In this document: positions 34,702 through 48,429 of the stretch, piece after piece
Numbering within the stretch: the first letter of the stretch is position 1
Layout of the letters: every line of letters begins with the position of its first letter
Origin: Mobula birostris
Taxonomy: Eukaryota
NCBI RefSeq assembly: GCF_030028105.1
Contig: NC_092370.1
Span: 68,001,638-68,061,911, forward strand
Direction of reading: 5' to 3'
DNA length: 60,274 bases
Program-made: the position numbers and the translations under genes
Notes under the pieces: model-generated
Database searches by the model: none
What the model was told of the DNA's origin: nothing
The model's input: only the letters and a program-made list of their open reading frames with translations

Positions 34702-35040
34702 CGTGGATAGGCTTTTTCCATTGAGAGTAGTGGAGATTCAAACAAGAGGACATGAGTTGAGAGTTAAGGGGCAAAAGTTTAGGGGTAACATGAGGGGGAA
34801 CTTCTTTACTCAGAGAGTGGAAGCTGTGTGGAACGAGCTTCCAGTAGAAGTGGTAGAGGCAGGTTCGATTTTGTCATTTAAAAAAAAAACTGGATAGGTA
34901 TATGGACAGGAAAGGAATGGAGGGTTATGGGCTGAGTGCAGGTAGATGAGACTATGTGAGAGTAAGCATTTGGCACTGACTAGAAGGGCTGAGATGGCCT
35001 GTTTCCGTGCTGTAATTGTTATATGGTTATAAATAAATAA
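34702..35040 (+). mobile_element. CR1 3' end
   Basis: TRGHELRV...NFFTQRVEAVWNELP. Confidence 0.88.
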
Positions 35041-35280
35041 ATACCTAGTCTGTCTAACTTTCTCCCTGGAACTCAGGCCTTGTAGTCCTGGCAACATCCT
35101 CATAAATCTTTTCTTCATTCTTTCCAGTTTAACTGCATCTTTCCTGTAACAGAATGACTAAAACCATACACAGTACTGTAAATGGGGTCTCACCAATACC
35201 ACTTTTATCACCTTGTACAAGAAAGGATTCCATTCATGCTCTATAGAATGCACAAAGAAAAATATGGCACCCACATTTTG

Positions 35281-35575
35281 GGTGCCATGGTAGTATAGTG
35301 GTTAGTATGACACTACTAGGAGCCATTCAGGAGTTCAAAGTTCAATTCTGGCGCCATACTGTGAGGAATCTCTGTACTCCTCTGTGGAACGTGTGGGTTT
35401 CCTCCAGGTCCTCCTGTTTTCTCCCAAAGTCCAAAGATATACCGGATAGGTAAATTGGTCATTGTAAACTGTCCCATAATTATGTTAGCATTAATCAGGT
35501 TTATCAGGGTTTGCTGGGGTAGCATGGCTCAAGAGCCAGAAGGGCCTAATCCATGATGGATCACTGAAAATAAAA
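35281..35575 (+). mobile_element. tRNA-derived V-SINE (HE1-like)
   Basis: Same head and V-domain as the 34335 copy. Confidence 0.8.
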
Positions 35576-35824
35576 CCTAAGGATGGATCTGAAGAGTGGA
35601 TTGTCAGAAGAGCAATGTAGGAAGGGGAGATGAAGTGATGGATGTCCAGGTTCGTGCTCTGATGATGAGTTTGGAAATGGGCCTGATTTAGATTTGGGGA
35701 TTTGGGATTAATACCTTTTCATGGAACTTTAGAGACTGGGAAATCAATTAGAATGTTTAGAGGATCTAGAGTGTGGATAAAGGTGGGCTTTCATGGAGTT
35801 GAATATATTGGGGAGGTGAGTAAA

Positions 35825-37730
35825 TTCACTTTCCAAAGCAATTTTATTATCAATGTACAAATAGATCACCATGTATAACCCTGAGAATCAGTTTCTTGTG
35901 GGTACACTCAATAAATCTATAAAATAATAACCATAACAGAACCAATAAAGGAGAGGGGAGGGAACGTCGACTCAGACCATGAGTGGCTTGTGTCGGGCAT
36001 TTTCATGCCTTAAAAGGCGCAGATTGGAAGTCTGCGTGGGGCGCCACTCCTCGAACAGACACTACAGCAATGTGTGGTTAAGTGCCTTGCTCAAGGCACA
36101 AACATGCTGCCACAGCTAAGGCTCGAACTGGCGACCTTCAGATCACTAGATGAACGCCTTAACCTCTTGGACACGTGCCCAACACATCAATAAAAGACCG
36201 CATCAACTTGGGAGTCCAGTCAGATTACATGATACAACAAACTGTGCTGTATTATGTGTAAATACAAAAAGAAATGGCTAAATAGGCAACAAATATTGAC
36301 AGCATGAGATGAAGCGTCCTTGATAGTGGGTCCATTGGTTGTGGAAATATTTCAATGGTGGGGCAAGTGAAGATGAGTAAAATTATGCCCTTTGGTTCAA
36401 GAACCTGATGACTGGGGTGAAGCAACTCTGACTGAACCTGGTGATAGGATTGCTAAGGTTTCTGTACCTTCTTCCCGATAGCTGCAGTGAGAAGGGAGCA
36501 TGTCCTGGGAAGTATGGGTCCCTGATGATGGATGCTGCTATTCTGCAACAGTATTTCATGTAGAAATGCTCAGTGGTGGGGAGGGCTTTACCGGTGATGG
36601 ATCCACTACTTTTTGTAGGGTATTCTGTTCAAGGGCATTGGTGTTTCCATAGGCAGTGATGCAGCTAGTCAATATACTGTCTGCTAGACATCTATAGAAG
36701 TTTGTCAGAGTTTCAGATGTCATGTCGAATTTTGTCAAACTCTTGAGGAAGTAGAGGGACTGCCATACTTCCTTCATAATGGCACATATGTGCTGAGCTC
36801 AAGACAGGTCCTTTGGAATAATAACACTGAGGAATTTAAAGTTGCTGACCCTATCCGCTTCTGATAAGGACTGGCTCATGGACCTCTGGCTTCCTTCTCC
36901 TGAGGTCAATAATCAGCTCTTTGGTCTTGCTGACATTGAGTAAGAGGTTGTTGCCATGGCACTCATCCAGATTTTCGATCTCCCTCCTGTGTGCTGATTC
37001 AACACCACCTCTGATTCAGCCTGTTGTCAGCAAACTTGAATATTGCATTGCTTAGCCGCACAGATATAAGTGTAAACCGAGTAGAGCAGGGGGCTAAGCA
37101 CACAGCCTTGTGGTGCATCTGTGCTGATGGAGATCATGAAGGAGATATTGTTGCCAATCTGAATTGACTGAAGTCTACAAGTAAGGAAATAAAGGATCTA
37201 ATTGCACAAGGAGGTACTGAGGCCAAGGTCTTGGAGCTTATTGATCAGTTTTGAGGGGATGATGGTATTATATGCTGAGTTATAATTGAAGCCTGCATGA
37301 AGCAAATGGGTACCTCAAAATGCCAAAATGAGAAGTTAAAGATTCAGCGAACACTCCATCCAGTTGATCAGCAGACGTCTTTAGTACTCGGTCAGGCACC
37401 CTGCCTAGGCCGGATGCTTTTTGTGTGTTTACCCTCCAGAAGGCTGCTCGCTCATTGGCCTCACATAGAATCGTCGGGGGATGCGGGTATTTGTGATGGC
37501 TCCTCCATGTTTTGATGGTCAAAGTGAACATAGAAGGCATTGATCTCAGCTGGAAGTGAAGCCCTGCTGTCGCCTATGTTGGTTGATTTAACTTTTCAAG
37601 GGGTGATGGAATTCAAGTCCTGCCACAGCTGAGGAGCATCCGTCAGTGATTCAAGTTTAATCCGGAATTGCCACTTGGCCCATGAGATGGCTTTCTGAAG
37701 ATTGTACCTGGACCTCTTGTAATTTTCTTG
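35825..37730 (-). mobile_element. Rex1/Babar LINE, 5'-truncated
   Basis: SLYFLKSL.KF...LTNFYRC..DSILTSCIT and KASG..RV..RVLK..ADQL motifs; GAPQGCVLSPLLYS-like relic at about 37080-37120. Confidence 0.88.
35950..36185 (-). mobile_element. tRNA-derived SINE with CORE-like domain, nested in the Rex1 3' UTR
   Basis: Minus strand has A and B boxes (agttcgagcc) followed by gtgccttgagcaaggcacttaacc. Flanked by A(C/T)CAATAAA direct repeats (35941-35949 and 36186-36194). Confidence 0.75.
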
Positions 37731-38159
37731 GGAAATCCGTTATTAGGGGATCAGCTAAAGATGATCAGAGAGATGTGCCTGATTTAATAGATGGGTTGGG
37801 GATGCAATCAAAGAATTACAGATCAAATCAAGCATTGGGACTAAGTTGGTACACATGGGTGGGAAGTGGATCACATTCTGATAATACAGAGCAACAGGCT
37901 GTTGCAGTATTAACAAAGTTATAAATCTAGGAGTGATCAATAGGTACTTTGGGAAAAAGCAGAGAATAATTTTCTCTCACACTCCAAAAGAAAAATTATA
38001 CAGTTTCTAGCAACATATTATGTGTATTTGATATGGAAATTGTGTCCGACACTGATGCCCGATTCATGAGGATTAGTGTTCAAATGAAGTTCAGAGCAAC
38101 ATCAAACGATTCTCAAAATAGTGGTCATCTCATTTAACTCCAGGAAAAAGGAATTTTCA

Positions 38160-38785
38160 GTCACTCAGCACTGAAATAAACTGTACTTCCAACAGTGCTT
38201 CTCTTCCTGATGAGCTTAGTGCATTCTATGCACGTTTCAAACTGAAAGAGAATGGGGAACCACCCATTGTGACAGCCGCTGAATCCGCGGTCACCATTGC
38301 AGACATCAGATATGTCTTCTGGAGAGCAAACCTGGCCCAGATGGCATCTCCAGCTATTCCCCCAGATCAACTGCTCTGCCCAGGACCACAAGAAACTGCA
38401 GAGAGTTATGGACACAGCTGAGCATGTCTCAGAATTTAGCCTCCCTTCTATAGACTCTGTTTACAATTCCCACTGTCCCAGTAAAGCAGCCAACCTAATT
38501 AAAGACCCCAACTGTTCCAGACGTTCTCTCTTCTGCCCTTCCCTTTGGGCAGAAGCCATAAAAGCCTGAAACCACAAACTACAAGATCAAGGACAACTGT
38601 AATTCCACTGTTAAAAGACTACTAACCTGTCCCCTGGTACCATAAAGTGAACTCTTGACCTCACAATCTACCTCGTCATGGCCTTGTACCTTATTTTCTA
38701 CCTGCACTGCATTTTTTGTACAAATGTAACACATTACTTTTCATCTGTTAGTTTTCTCTGTTGTACTACCTGAATAGACCGTTGG
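38160..38785 (+). mobile_element. Rex1-like LINE fragments with 3' end
   Basis: NCSAQDHKKLQRVMDTA...KAANLIKDP motif. Confidence 0.75.
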
Positions 38786-38787
38786 AA

Positions 38788-39755
38788 TGTGATGAAGTGT
38801 TTTGAGAGTTTTGAGATGAAACATATTAACTTCCGCCTGAGAAATTACTTTGATCCACTCCAAATTGCCCAAAGGCACAACAGGTCTACAGCAGATGCCA
38901 TCTTATTGGCTTTTCATTCAACTCTGGTACATTCAGAGAGCAAAGATGCAGACATCAGGATGCTCTTTATTGACCACAGCTTGGCATTCAATACCATCAT
39001 CCCCTCAAAACTAATCAATAAGCATCAAGACTTTGGCTTCAATACCTTGTGCAATTTCCTCACCTGCAGACCCTAAATCAGTTCAGATTGGCAATAACAT
39101 CTCCTCCACAATCTTCATCAGCATAGATGTACCAAAAGGCTGTGTGCTTAGTCCCCTGCTCTACTTGCTTTACGCTTATAACTGTGTGGCTAAGCACAGC
39201 TGATGACACCACTTTTGTAGGCTGAAATCAAAGATGGTGGCAAATCAGCATATAGGAGGGAAATTGAAAATCTGGCCAAGTGGTGCCACAACAACTTCTT
39301 GGTCAGTGTCAGCAAGCCCAAGAAGCTGATTATTGGCTACAGGAGGAGGAAATCAGAGGTCAATGAGCCAGACCTTATTGGAGGATCAGAAGTGGAGAGG
39401 GTCAGTAACTTTAAATTCCTCAGTTATATCATTTCAGAGGACCTGTCTTGGCCCAGCACGCAACTGCAATTAGGGTAGAAAGCACGACAGTGCCTATACA
39501 TCCTTAGGAGTTTGCAAAGATTCGGCATAATACCTGAAACTTCTAAAGACTTGTAGTGGAGAGTATATCGAATGGCTGTATCGCAGCCTGGTATGGCTAC
39601 ACCAATGCACTTGAACAGAAAATCCTACAGAAAGTAGGTGATCTGGCCCAGTCCATCATGGATAAAACCCTCCCCACCACTGAGTTCTCTATATGGAGCG
39701 TTGTCACAGGAAGGCAGCCCCCATCATCAGGGATCCCCACCATCCTGGCCAGGCT
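38788..39755 (+). mobile_element. Rex1/Babar LINE RT fragment
   Basis: DPLQIA..HNRSTADAI...IRMLFIDHSLAFNTIIPSKLI. Confidence 0.9.
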
Positions 39756-39759
39756 CTCT

Positions 39760-40430
39760 CGTTTGGTCTAGAGTGGACATGCAGAGAATGTTTCTTAGAG
39801 TGGGGGATTCTATCAGCACAGAGCACAGTCTCACTTTAGAACATTATAGATAGCTCCTTAGAACAGAGAGGAGCAGGAATTTCTTTAGCTGGAAGGTGCG
39901 AGTCCTTGGAATTCATTGCCACAGATGGCTGTGAAGGCCACACCATTGGTTAATTTTAATGTAGAGTTTGACAGGTTTATGATTAGTAAGGGTGTCAATT
40001 GTTATAGGGAGAAGGCATGAGAACATGGTTGATGGGGAAGTCCAGAACGAGGGGTCACAGTTTGACGATAAAGGGGAAGCCTTTTAGGACCGAGATTAGG
40101 AAAAACTTCTTCACACAGAGAGTGGTGAATCTGTGGAATTCTCTGCCACAGGAAACAGTTGAGGCCAGTTCATTGGCGATATTTAAGAGGGAGTTAGATA
40201 TGGCCCTTGTGGCTAAAGGGTTCAGGGAGTATGGAGGGAAGGCAGGTACAGGGTTCTGAGTTGGATGATCAACCATGATCATACTGAATGGCGGTGCAGG
40301 CTCAAAGGGCCGAATGGCCTACTCCTGCACCTATTTTCTATATTTCTATAATAAATGAGACATCATGGAATGGCAGAGCAGACTTGATAGGCAGAATAGC
40401 CTAATTCTGCTCCTAGGTCTTATGATCCTA
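39760..40430 (+). mobile_element. Older CR1 3' end with a younger CR1 3' end (about 40030-40350) nested in its 3' UTR
   Basis: Two successive CR1 C-terminal motifs; the older tail resumes after 40350. Confidence 0.8.
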
Positions 40431-41589
40431 TTTGGCATTTTCTTTGGGAAGAGCATTCCTACTTCTTTCCTGCCTCTGAATTTTGATCACAGTAAATTGT
40501 ATCTTGTTAATATTTGTGTGTGTTCTCCTTAAATACTGTAACTATGCACCATGAAGTAAAGGCATAGAATTAGCTCTAGGAAGTCTAAGTGAATTTTTGA
40601 ATGATTTTGAATGACTGCCAATTGGAGTGGATGGGCTCAGGATACTGTTGTAATCCTGCATAAATTAAACATTTTTAATAGAATTGATTTTTAAATATCT
40701 TGTGAGAAAAGATGAAAACACGCTCTCACAAGACCAGTTGTGAGAATCACCAATGACAATTAAATTTGCCATGTTTCTGACCTTGTAGCTCGACAGCTTT
40801 AAACCATGAACCCATATAGTCAAGTCAGCTAAAATTAAAAAGGTGAGGTCCTTGGAATAAAATAGATATCTTTTCTTTTCCTGCATTATAAGCAACTACA
40901 ATAGAAAATGTTATTGTTTCTGAATTGTTTTTAGTCATACTGTGAAAGGCATTCCATAAATGGATGATCTTTCATTTTCCATAACTTAGACTATTACTGC
41001 ATTGATACTAATAATGAGATACAGCTACAATTAAGTTAATTATAAACTTTTGAATCACTGACTAATATATTCAATAATCTGTATAATTGCCATTTTATTG
41101 GTAAAATGAATATTGGGTATAAATATCTATACTTGTTCAAATTAAACCTGCAATGGCACAGATTAAAATAACGTATAATGACATCAGTTTCATTAAATAA
41201 CATAGCAAAAGAGTGTTACTCAAATACTTGTCAGAACAGTTCAGCATTGTAAGGTTATTGTGCCAACACATACATCAGGCTTCATTAGTAATTTTCTTTA
41301 TAATGTCCAAAGAGATCCATGCTGTAAGATGTTATACTAGAAGACAGTGCTGGTATCATGCATGGAAAACACTTTTTGTACCAACTGATGCAACAATAAT
41401 TTTGGCTGTACAGATGCAGTGGCATTAAAAAAATTGTATTCTATAATGTGCTAATTGTGTAGAAAAAGAATAATATGCACATTTTATTAATTTCCAAAAT
41501 TTGATACCATTGTTCTTTCTGATTTACCAATAGAGCATCGAAACAGGGCCTTGATTTCACAGTGCCCGGGTAATGCAGACTGCACTTAG

Positions 41590-42150
41590 CTATACATTTG
41601 CACAGTAGTATTCTATGCCAGTTTCAAGTGTTCAACTAAATACTCTTTAAATGTTGTGAGAATGTTTGCTTCCATCACCTTCTCAGGCTGTAGGCCAAAA
41701 ACTTCTTCCTCAGATGCCCTTCAAAGCTCTTACCCTCTTATTATCTTAAATCTATGTCATCCAGTTTTAGATTTCTCTACTATGGAGAAAGATTTTCTTC
41801 CAGGTTTTGTCTCTTACTCCAAAGAAAACTGATCTATTCTTATGCTTGATTCCAGAAGCATCCTAGTGAATCTCTCTGTATACTCTCCATGTCATTACAT
41901 CCTTCCTATAGGGCTAGAGGGCTATGGGTAAACCTAGGTAATTTCTAAGGTAAGGACATGTTTGGCACAGCTTTGTGGGCCAGAGGGCCTGTATTGTGCT
42001 GTAGGTTTTCTATGTTTTCTAGGTTTCTATAATGTGGTAAACTCAACTGCAGACTGACTATTTTACATAATTGTATCATAACTGCATTGCTTGTATATTT
42101 TACAAACCCTGTAAATAAAGGTAAGTACACTTCTGCCTTCTTAGGTATCT
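41590..42150 (-). mobile_element. Old CR1 3' fragment with a plus-strand CR1 tail (about 41911-42028) inserted
   Basis: The insert is the reverse complement of the 25741-25830 and 54870-54980 tails. Confidence 0.65.
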
Positions 42151-42154
42151 TATG

Positions 42155-43080
42155 AAGATGTCCTCAGTGGTGGGTGGGTTGAGTGCATGATGGAGTCTAC
42201 AACCCTTTGCAGCCTCTTAAAATGCTGTGAAGTGGAGGCTCCATACCAGGCTGTGAGGTAAACAGTCAGAATGCTGTCCACCATGCATATATAGAAATGT
42301 GTAAGAGTCTTTAGTGACATAACCATCTCATCAAATTCCTAATGAAGTATATCTGTTGGTATGCCTTAGTCATGATTGCATCAACACATTAGGCACATGA
42401 TAGATCCTCTGAGATGTTGATACCAAGGAAAATGAATCAACCCCTCAATGGAGGGCTGGAGTGTGTTCTTCCAACCTCCCCTTGAAGTCTACAATTAGTT
42501 CCTTGGTCTTGCTGATATTGAATGCGAAGTTGTAGTGACACAATACATCGATATGATCTGTCTCACTCCTGTAAGCCTCGTCAGCACAGCACCATCTGAG
42601 ATTCTACCAGTAACAGTGGTGTCATCAACAAAATTATAGATTTCATTCGAGCTGTGATTAGCCACACAGTCATGAGTGCAGAGAGAGGAGAGCAGTGGGC
42701 TAACCATTCATCCTCGAGGTGTGTCCGTGTTGATCATCAGCGAGGAGATCTTGTTACTGATCCACACGTACTGTGGTCTCCTGATAAGGAAGTCAAGGAT
42801 CCAGTTTCAGAGGGAAGTACAAAGGGTTAGGTTTTGAAGTTTGCTTATTACTAATAAGGGAATGATGTTGAACATCAAGGTGTAATTTCATAAACAGCAG
42901 CTAGCTGCATGTCTTGCAGTTGTCTAGGTACTTCAAAGCAGAGTGGGGAGCTAGAAAGATTGTGTCTGCTTTAGTTAGACCTGTTGTGACATTAGGCGAA
43001 TTGCAGTGGTTCCAGGTTCTTGCTCAAGCAGGTGTTAATTCTAGCCATTACTAAACTCTTGAAGCATTTCATTATGCTAA
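42155..43080 (-). mobile_element. Old Rex1/Babar LINE RT fragment
   Basis: SPLLSSLCTHDCVA......NFVDDTTV.G.IS. Confidence 0.85.
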
Positions 43081-45051
43081 ATGCCAAATTAAGCTTAATC
43101 TCTTCTGTCTGTACATGATCTATGTCACTCTAGTCCTTGCATATCTATGTATCAGTCTAAAAGCCTCTGAAAGGCCAGTATTGTGTCTCCTTCCATCACT
43201 CCCCCAGCAGCCCATTCCAGCCACTTATCACTGCGTAAAATGTTGATCTACACATCTTTAAACTTTCCCCCTTCGCCTTAAATGCACATCCTGCATGCAA
43301 TCCTATTCTAAAGCTTTCATCTGGAGGAACTGCAGGCAAGTAAAATAACCATTTAAATTCTTGTGGCACACTATTCCCTATAATTACACAAACCACAAAG
43401 CCTACTGTCAAATGCATCCTTAAACCCTGGTTGTGCTTTCCTGTCCCTTCAGTCTACACACTTCTGCTGCTGTTAGCAGCTCCATACATCTGAATCCAAT
43501 CTTGCCCCTAATCCCTCAGCAGAATATCCCTTTCCCACTCTTAAGTGACAGGTAAATCCCTTGCCCCCCCACCCCACTTCCTGGATAAGCATGCCTAATG
43601 TTTTGTTTCCATTCCCTCAGCAGCTGTGTCTGTTCCTTTCTCAGCACTCCCCAACATCACCAGTGCATCCAGTCCCCACTCATCCTCCCTTCCACAACTG
43701 CAATGTGTCTGATCCCATCACCCATCAACAATGCCATTCCTCCATTGACAGAAGAAGACAGCACAGGAGCAATGCTGTTAGTTGAATTGAGAATTCTCCC
43801 CACTATACTGGCCACAAGCAAATTTATCTATGGCTTACCACATGAGGCCAGATTCCAGAGAACGGGAGACACATTTCTGATCTTGAAAATGTGCAGTCTC
43901 TGGGAACTTGCAACCAGGTTTTGGCTGCAAAGAGTTAGCAAATGGATTTAAAGAATGGGGCTCAGGGTATGCTTTAAAGGATCCTGATTCTGTAATTAAA
44001 ATGTGGGACAAAAGTGCAAACATCTTCAAGGTTTTGTTATTTTATTTATATAAGAAAGAAATGGTATTTATTACCATTTTCCCAGAGAAGATGGAGGAAG
44101 TGAACTCAAATCTCAAGAATGTCTTGGGCTCAAGTTGCAAAGCAGTCTCAACAAAACTGGGGGGGGGGGAAAGAAATCACATCTCCATTCCATGCATATT
44201 TACATTCCTAAATTCAGTTTCTTGGTAACAAGATCTTGTGATAAATTTGAAGCACTACCACTCTAACCACGCAATGAACGATATTGCTGTAGGCTATTTT
44301 TACTCAGGGACATTCTGTTAAAACTAAACAGATTCTAATTTACAATTTGTCGTCACACATCAGAATGGGAGCAGCTACTGTAGGCAACAATAATTCCCAC
44401 AATGTCAATTTAATTGTTGTGTGGAAAACTTGAAATTGCAGCAAAGTATGCAAATTTCCTACACAGCATGACTTAACACTCCATAATAGATGGAAAAGGA
44501 GAAATTACTATATGCTATAAGATTTCTTTCTGCTAGAGGCAATCTTGCACAATTTGAGAATATCAAGTTTTTTTCTCTTTAGCTATAATGTATAAAAGGT
44601 AGCTTTAATGTGAGACCCCCTGATGCTGATATTATACAACTGAGTTATTAGATGACAAAACTTCATTGTTGCTCATGGCTGCTTCATTTCCAACATTAAA
44701 TATACAGTAAACATCATTCTAATCCACATAAAGAATGTTTTAAACGTGAAATATCACATATGTGACTCATGGACAGTGGAATTATTTGAGCCTCAGAATT
44801 ATTAGCATAGGAGCATACAAAAATGATCTAGAAGTTGGTTTGTTAGCTCCCCAAGGTTGTTCAATTATCAGCAAAATTGAGCTGTCTTCTAATTTTAGAT
44901 TGGATGGTATAGTTAGACATCAGGGATTGGTGCTGCCTCATTGCTCCAGCGACTTAGGTTCAATACTGACCTCAGGAACTTTCTGGATGGAGTTCACACA
45001 TTTTCTCCATAACTAATATTTTTCCTGCATTATAATGTTTGGTAGGTAATT

Positions 45052-45126
45052 CATCCTCCTTATGTGCCATACCGTATGATGTGGGCGATCATGGTCTTTC
45101 CATGACCATGATTGTTCTTGGCAACA
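45052..45126 (-). mobile_element. 75-bp retroposon 3' tip inserted in an old SINE (about 44905-45290)
   Basis: 9-bp TSD TAGGTAATT (45043-45051 and 45127-45135) and an internal 9-bp hairpin. Strand is tentative. Confidence 0.65.
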
Positions 45127-45429
45127 TAGGTAATTAGCTGTTGTAAATCTCCCTCAGTTCACGTGTGTCGTAGGAGAATTACAGGTGTGGTAAGGGACAG
45201 AAATAGAGAAAAGGTTACAATAAGTGGGTGAATGGAATTGATGAGATCGTTCTATGATGCAGCATATAGCCTGCTTTATGGCATAAGGAAAGTAATATAA
45301 AAATTCTTATATTTCCCACATCTTCCATTATTAAATATCTATAAAACAGATTTCAAACTAGTAACTGACCTCATCATTGGTTGCCTTTAACAGAAGATGA
45401 CTGTAAGTTTTAGTCACCCTCTATGTATA

Positions 45430-46415
45430 GAAGTGTGCCATAATTGTGTGTACAGGGACACTTTGAATCTAGTGATCATAATTCCATTAGTTCCAAAATA
45501 ATTATGGAGAAGGATGGGTCTAGTCCTTGGGTTGAGATTCTAAATTGGAGAAAGGTCAGTTTTGATGGCATCAGAAAAGATCTGAGATGTATCGATCGAG
45601 ATAGGTTGTTGTCTGGCAAAGAGATGCTTGGTAAGTGGGAGGCCTTTAAAAGTGAAATATTGACTGTAAGTGGTTTGTATGTTCCTGTTAAAATAAAAGT
45701 AAGTCTAACAGGTTTAGGGAGCCTTGGTTTTTCTGTGATATTGAGACCCTGCTGAAGGGGTACGGAGGTCTTATATAGATTTTTTGCATCTATATTTACT
45801 CAGGAGATGGACATTGAGTCTATAGAACTGAGGCAAGACAGCATTGAAATCATGGACTGTATCTGGATTAGAAAAGAGGAGGTGCTCACTGCCTTGAGTC
45901 AAATCAGGCTCGATAAATCCACAGGGCCCGACACCCTCGGAGTCTATGGGAGGCTCGTGCAGAACTTGCAAGGGCCCTGCAGAGGTATTTAAAATGTTCT
46001 TAATGATGGGTGAAGAATCAGAAGACTGGAAGATAGCTAATGCTGTTCTATTTTTCAAGAAAGGCTCTAAGAGTAAGCTAGGAATCTCTAAACTGGTGAG
46101 CCTCACGAAGTGGGTAAATTATAGGAAGGTATTCTAAGGGACAGGATAATAAATATTTGGATAACATGGTCTGATAATAGATAGTTAACATGGCTTTATG
46201 ATAGATCATATCTAAGCAATCCTAAGGATTTTGATGAGGTTATCAAGAGAGTGGACACTGTCTAATAGGAAATTAGCAAGGTGTTTGATAAGTTCCACGT
46301 GGGTGGCTAGTCCAGAAGGTTTAGTTGTGTGGCATTCAGGAGGAAGTTGTAAATTGGATTTGACATTGGCTTCTAAGAAGAAGCCAGAGAGTGATAATAG
46401 ATGGTTGCTCTATGA
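45430..46415 (+). mobile_element. Old, multiply deleted CR1 ORF2 fragment
   Basis: SSDHNSI, LNWRK..FD.IR and EDWKIANA..FFKKG. Confidence 0.85.
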
Positions 46416-48429
46416 TTCTATATCTTCACTCCTGAAAAGCTTAGATGTAGAAATTTGCTCCATGCCCCAAAAATTTAAAAAACACAGTATTAATTATTTT
46501 TGAATACACTAAATACATTAATGATAATGTTAATATAATTAATGATAATCATTAGTAAGGTATGGCATTTCTAATTTGAGAGTTTTGTGCAACCTTCACT
46601 GTATGTCCGGTGACCAGCTCACTCAAATGATTTCAGCCATTGTACTACTCCCAAAATCTGTTTGCAATCAGCTTTTTAACACCATTGTCTTATATCACAG
46701 CAAGTACTCTTCATGTATGGAAAAACAAGCTTTTAATAACATTGATTGCTCAAACTGAAAGTCATTTCTAGTTTCTAGTTCAGATGCACTTCTAGTGAAG
46801 GAATAGATTAAGTGCTGTCAGTCAAAACCTCAACTAGCCTAAGTCTAACTGGGATACCAGTCATTACCCTTAAAATCATGTAGCCACAAATGCCAGAAGA
46901 AATCCTATAAGCAGGGAAGGGTTCCATAACCATTAAACCTGAAAAGCAAAGATGAAAAGAACATCTGATGGAAAGGGCGGAAACCTTGGGAGGAAGTTGT
47001 CCGTAAGAGTACTCAATGACTGCACATAGGTTTGGAAGCCAAATGCCTCTTTGAAATTTGAATGCAAGTATCACTAGCAAATATCATACAATGTCAAAAA
47101 TTGAAAGCTTCCCAGTTTGCTGGTGTAGCATTTGAGATGAAGCTGTGAGCAACAAATTGTCATATGTGACATATTTCAGCAGGGAGAGCTTGCAAGAATC
47201 TTGAGGCAAGGTTTCTGAGAGTGAGGATAATGATGATTTTGACTCAGAGGTCGATGCAGCCTTGTGGTTACTTGCTTGGAAAACTAGAAGCAAAACTAGA
47301 ACTAGAAACTAGAAGCAGCAAATGAGCACAAGTCTACAAAGTTTACAACGTCTACAAAGTCTTAGCAGGGTAGCTGTCTCAGAAAGTTTGTCGAAGAGTC
47401 CTTAATGCAGCCTCTCCTGAAATGTATCATGTGACTCTTTACTGCTCATAATGACAAAAGGAATCATGAAAACTCAATGGACAGTGGGAACTTTTCACTT
47501 TGTGTGACTTCAATGTGATTTTAGTATTCTCATTGGGCTGCAGTGCAGGATTCTGAAAAGTGAAGTCATTCACAGATGGAATCTATCTCTTCATAGACAC
47601 CATCTAGGCAATTTTATTACACGTGTCCTCTCTGGACAATGTGATGTCTCTTGTATGCACAGCTCCTTTATCTCCACAAAAGGACACTGTAACGCTCACC
47701 TCTCATCAGTGTATGTACACCCATTCCTTGCCAACACTCCCAGCAGCTGAGAGAGTGTGGGTTAAGATGTGCCATGATCCTTTAAGGGCAAAGCTGCTGA
47801 AGTCAGAGCGGTGATAGAAAGTATTATTAATGTAGGAAATTTGATCCTTCACAGGAGAATACTAGCACACTAGCACAATTTTGGACTGGCACTACCAAAT
47901 TTCACTTCTTATTTTAGACTTTTTGAAATAATATTAGGCAGATTATTGTTACATACTTTTTGGTAAAATAATGGCACAATAGTTCCTTGTTATCTACAGT
48001 ATGTGATCAGGTTTGCTTAAATTTACACATTCCTTCAAATCCAAGTTTATGCAACCTTATCCCCAGTGAACTTAGAGACTTAAAATGTTATTCTGGCAAA
48101 TTTACACGGCACTTCTTCCAAGGGAAATATATACTTCCTAAGGTGCGGTGCAGAGGACTACTTATGTCTCTTAAAATATGTCTAACTAGAACTTCTTATA
48201 ATTATTTTACTTCTCTGGCTAACTCCAGTCATCTGGTAATAAAGACAAGTATTCCATTAGATATTTACGCTATGTCTGCTTCCAGCTGTTCACCACTTAA
48301 GAAGCATTTTGGTGTTGGGTCTCTTATAGATCCAAAGTGGATGAACTCAATATTGTCAACTTTGAAACCTATTTGCCATAGCTTTCCCAAATTTAGACAA
48401 ATAATATGCCTTTGAAAATTAATATTTCC

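Larger units (their letters stand above)
30895..35205 (-). mobile_element. Old CR1 3' end in three pieces (about 30895-31212, 34232-34312, 35043-35205), host to nested insertions
   Basis: The pieces are collinear with the intact minus-strand CR1 3' end at 25741-26300. Confidence 0.6.

Noticed and set aside
47281-47361. Short direct repeats (aaactagaa, gtctacaaa; also 53527-53557) as a CRISPR-like array
   Set aside because: Simple slippage duplications without unique spacers, in a eukaryotic intron.
47987-48415. 142-aa ORF (similarly 50457-50891 and 52265-52615)
   Set aside because: No recognisable domain, AT-rich composition and no convincing splice signals; the 50.5-kb ORF overlaps what looks like an old antisense CR1 end.
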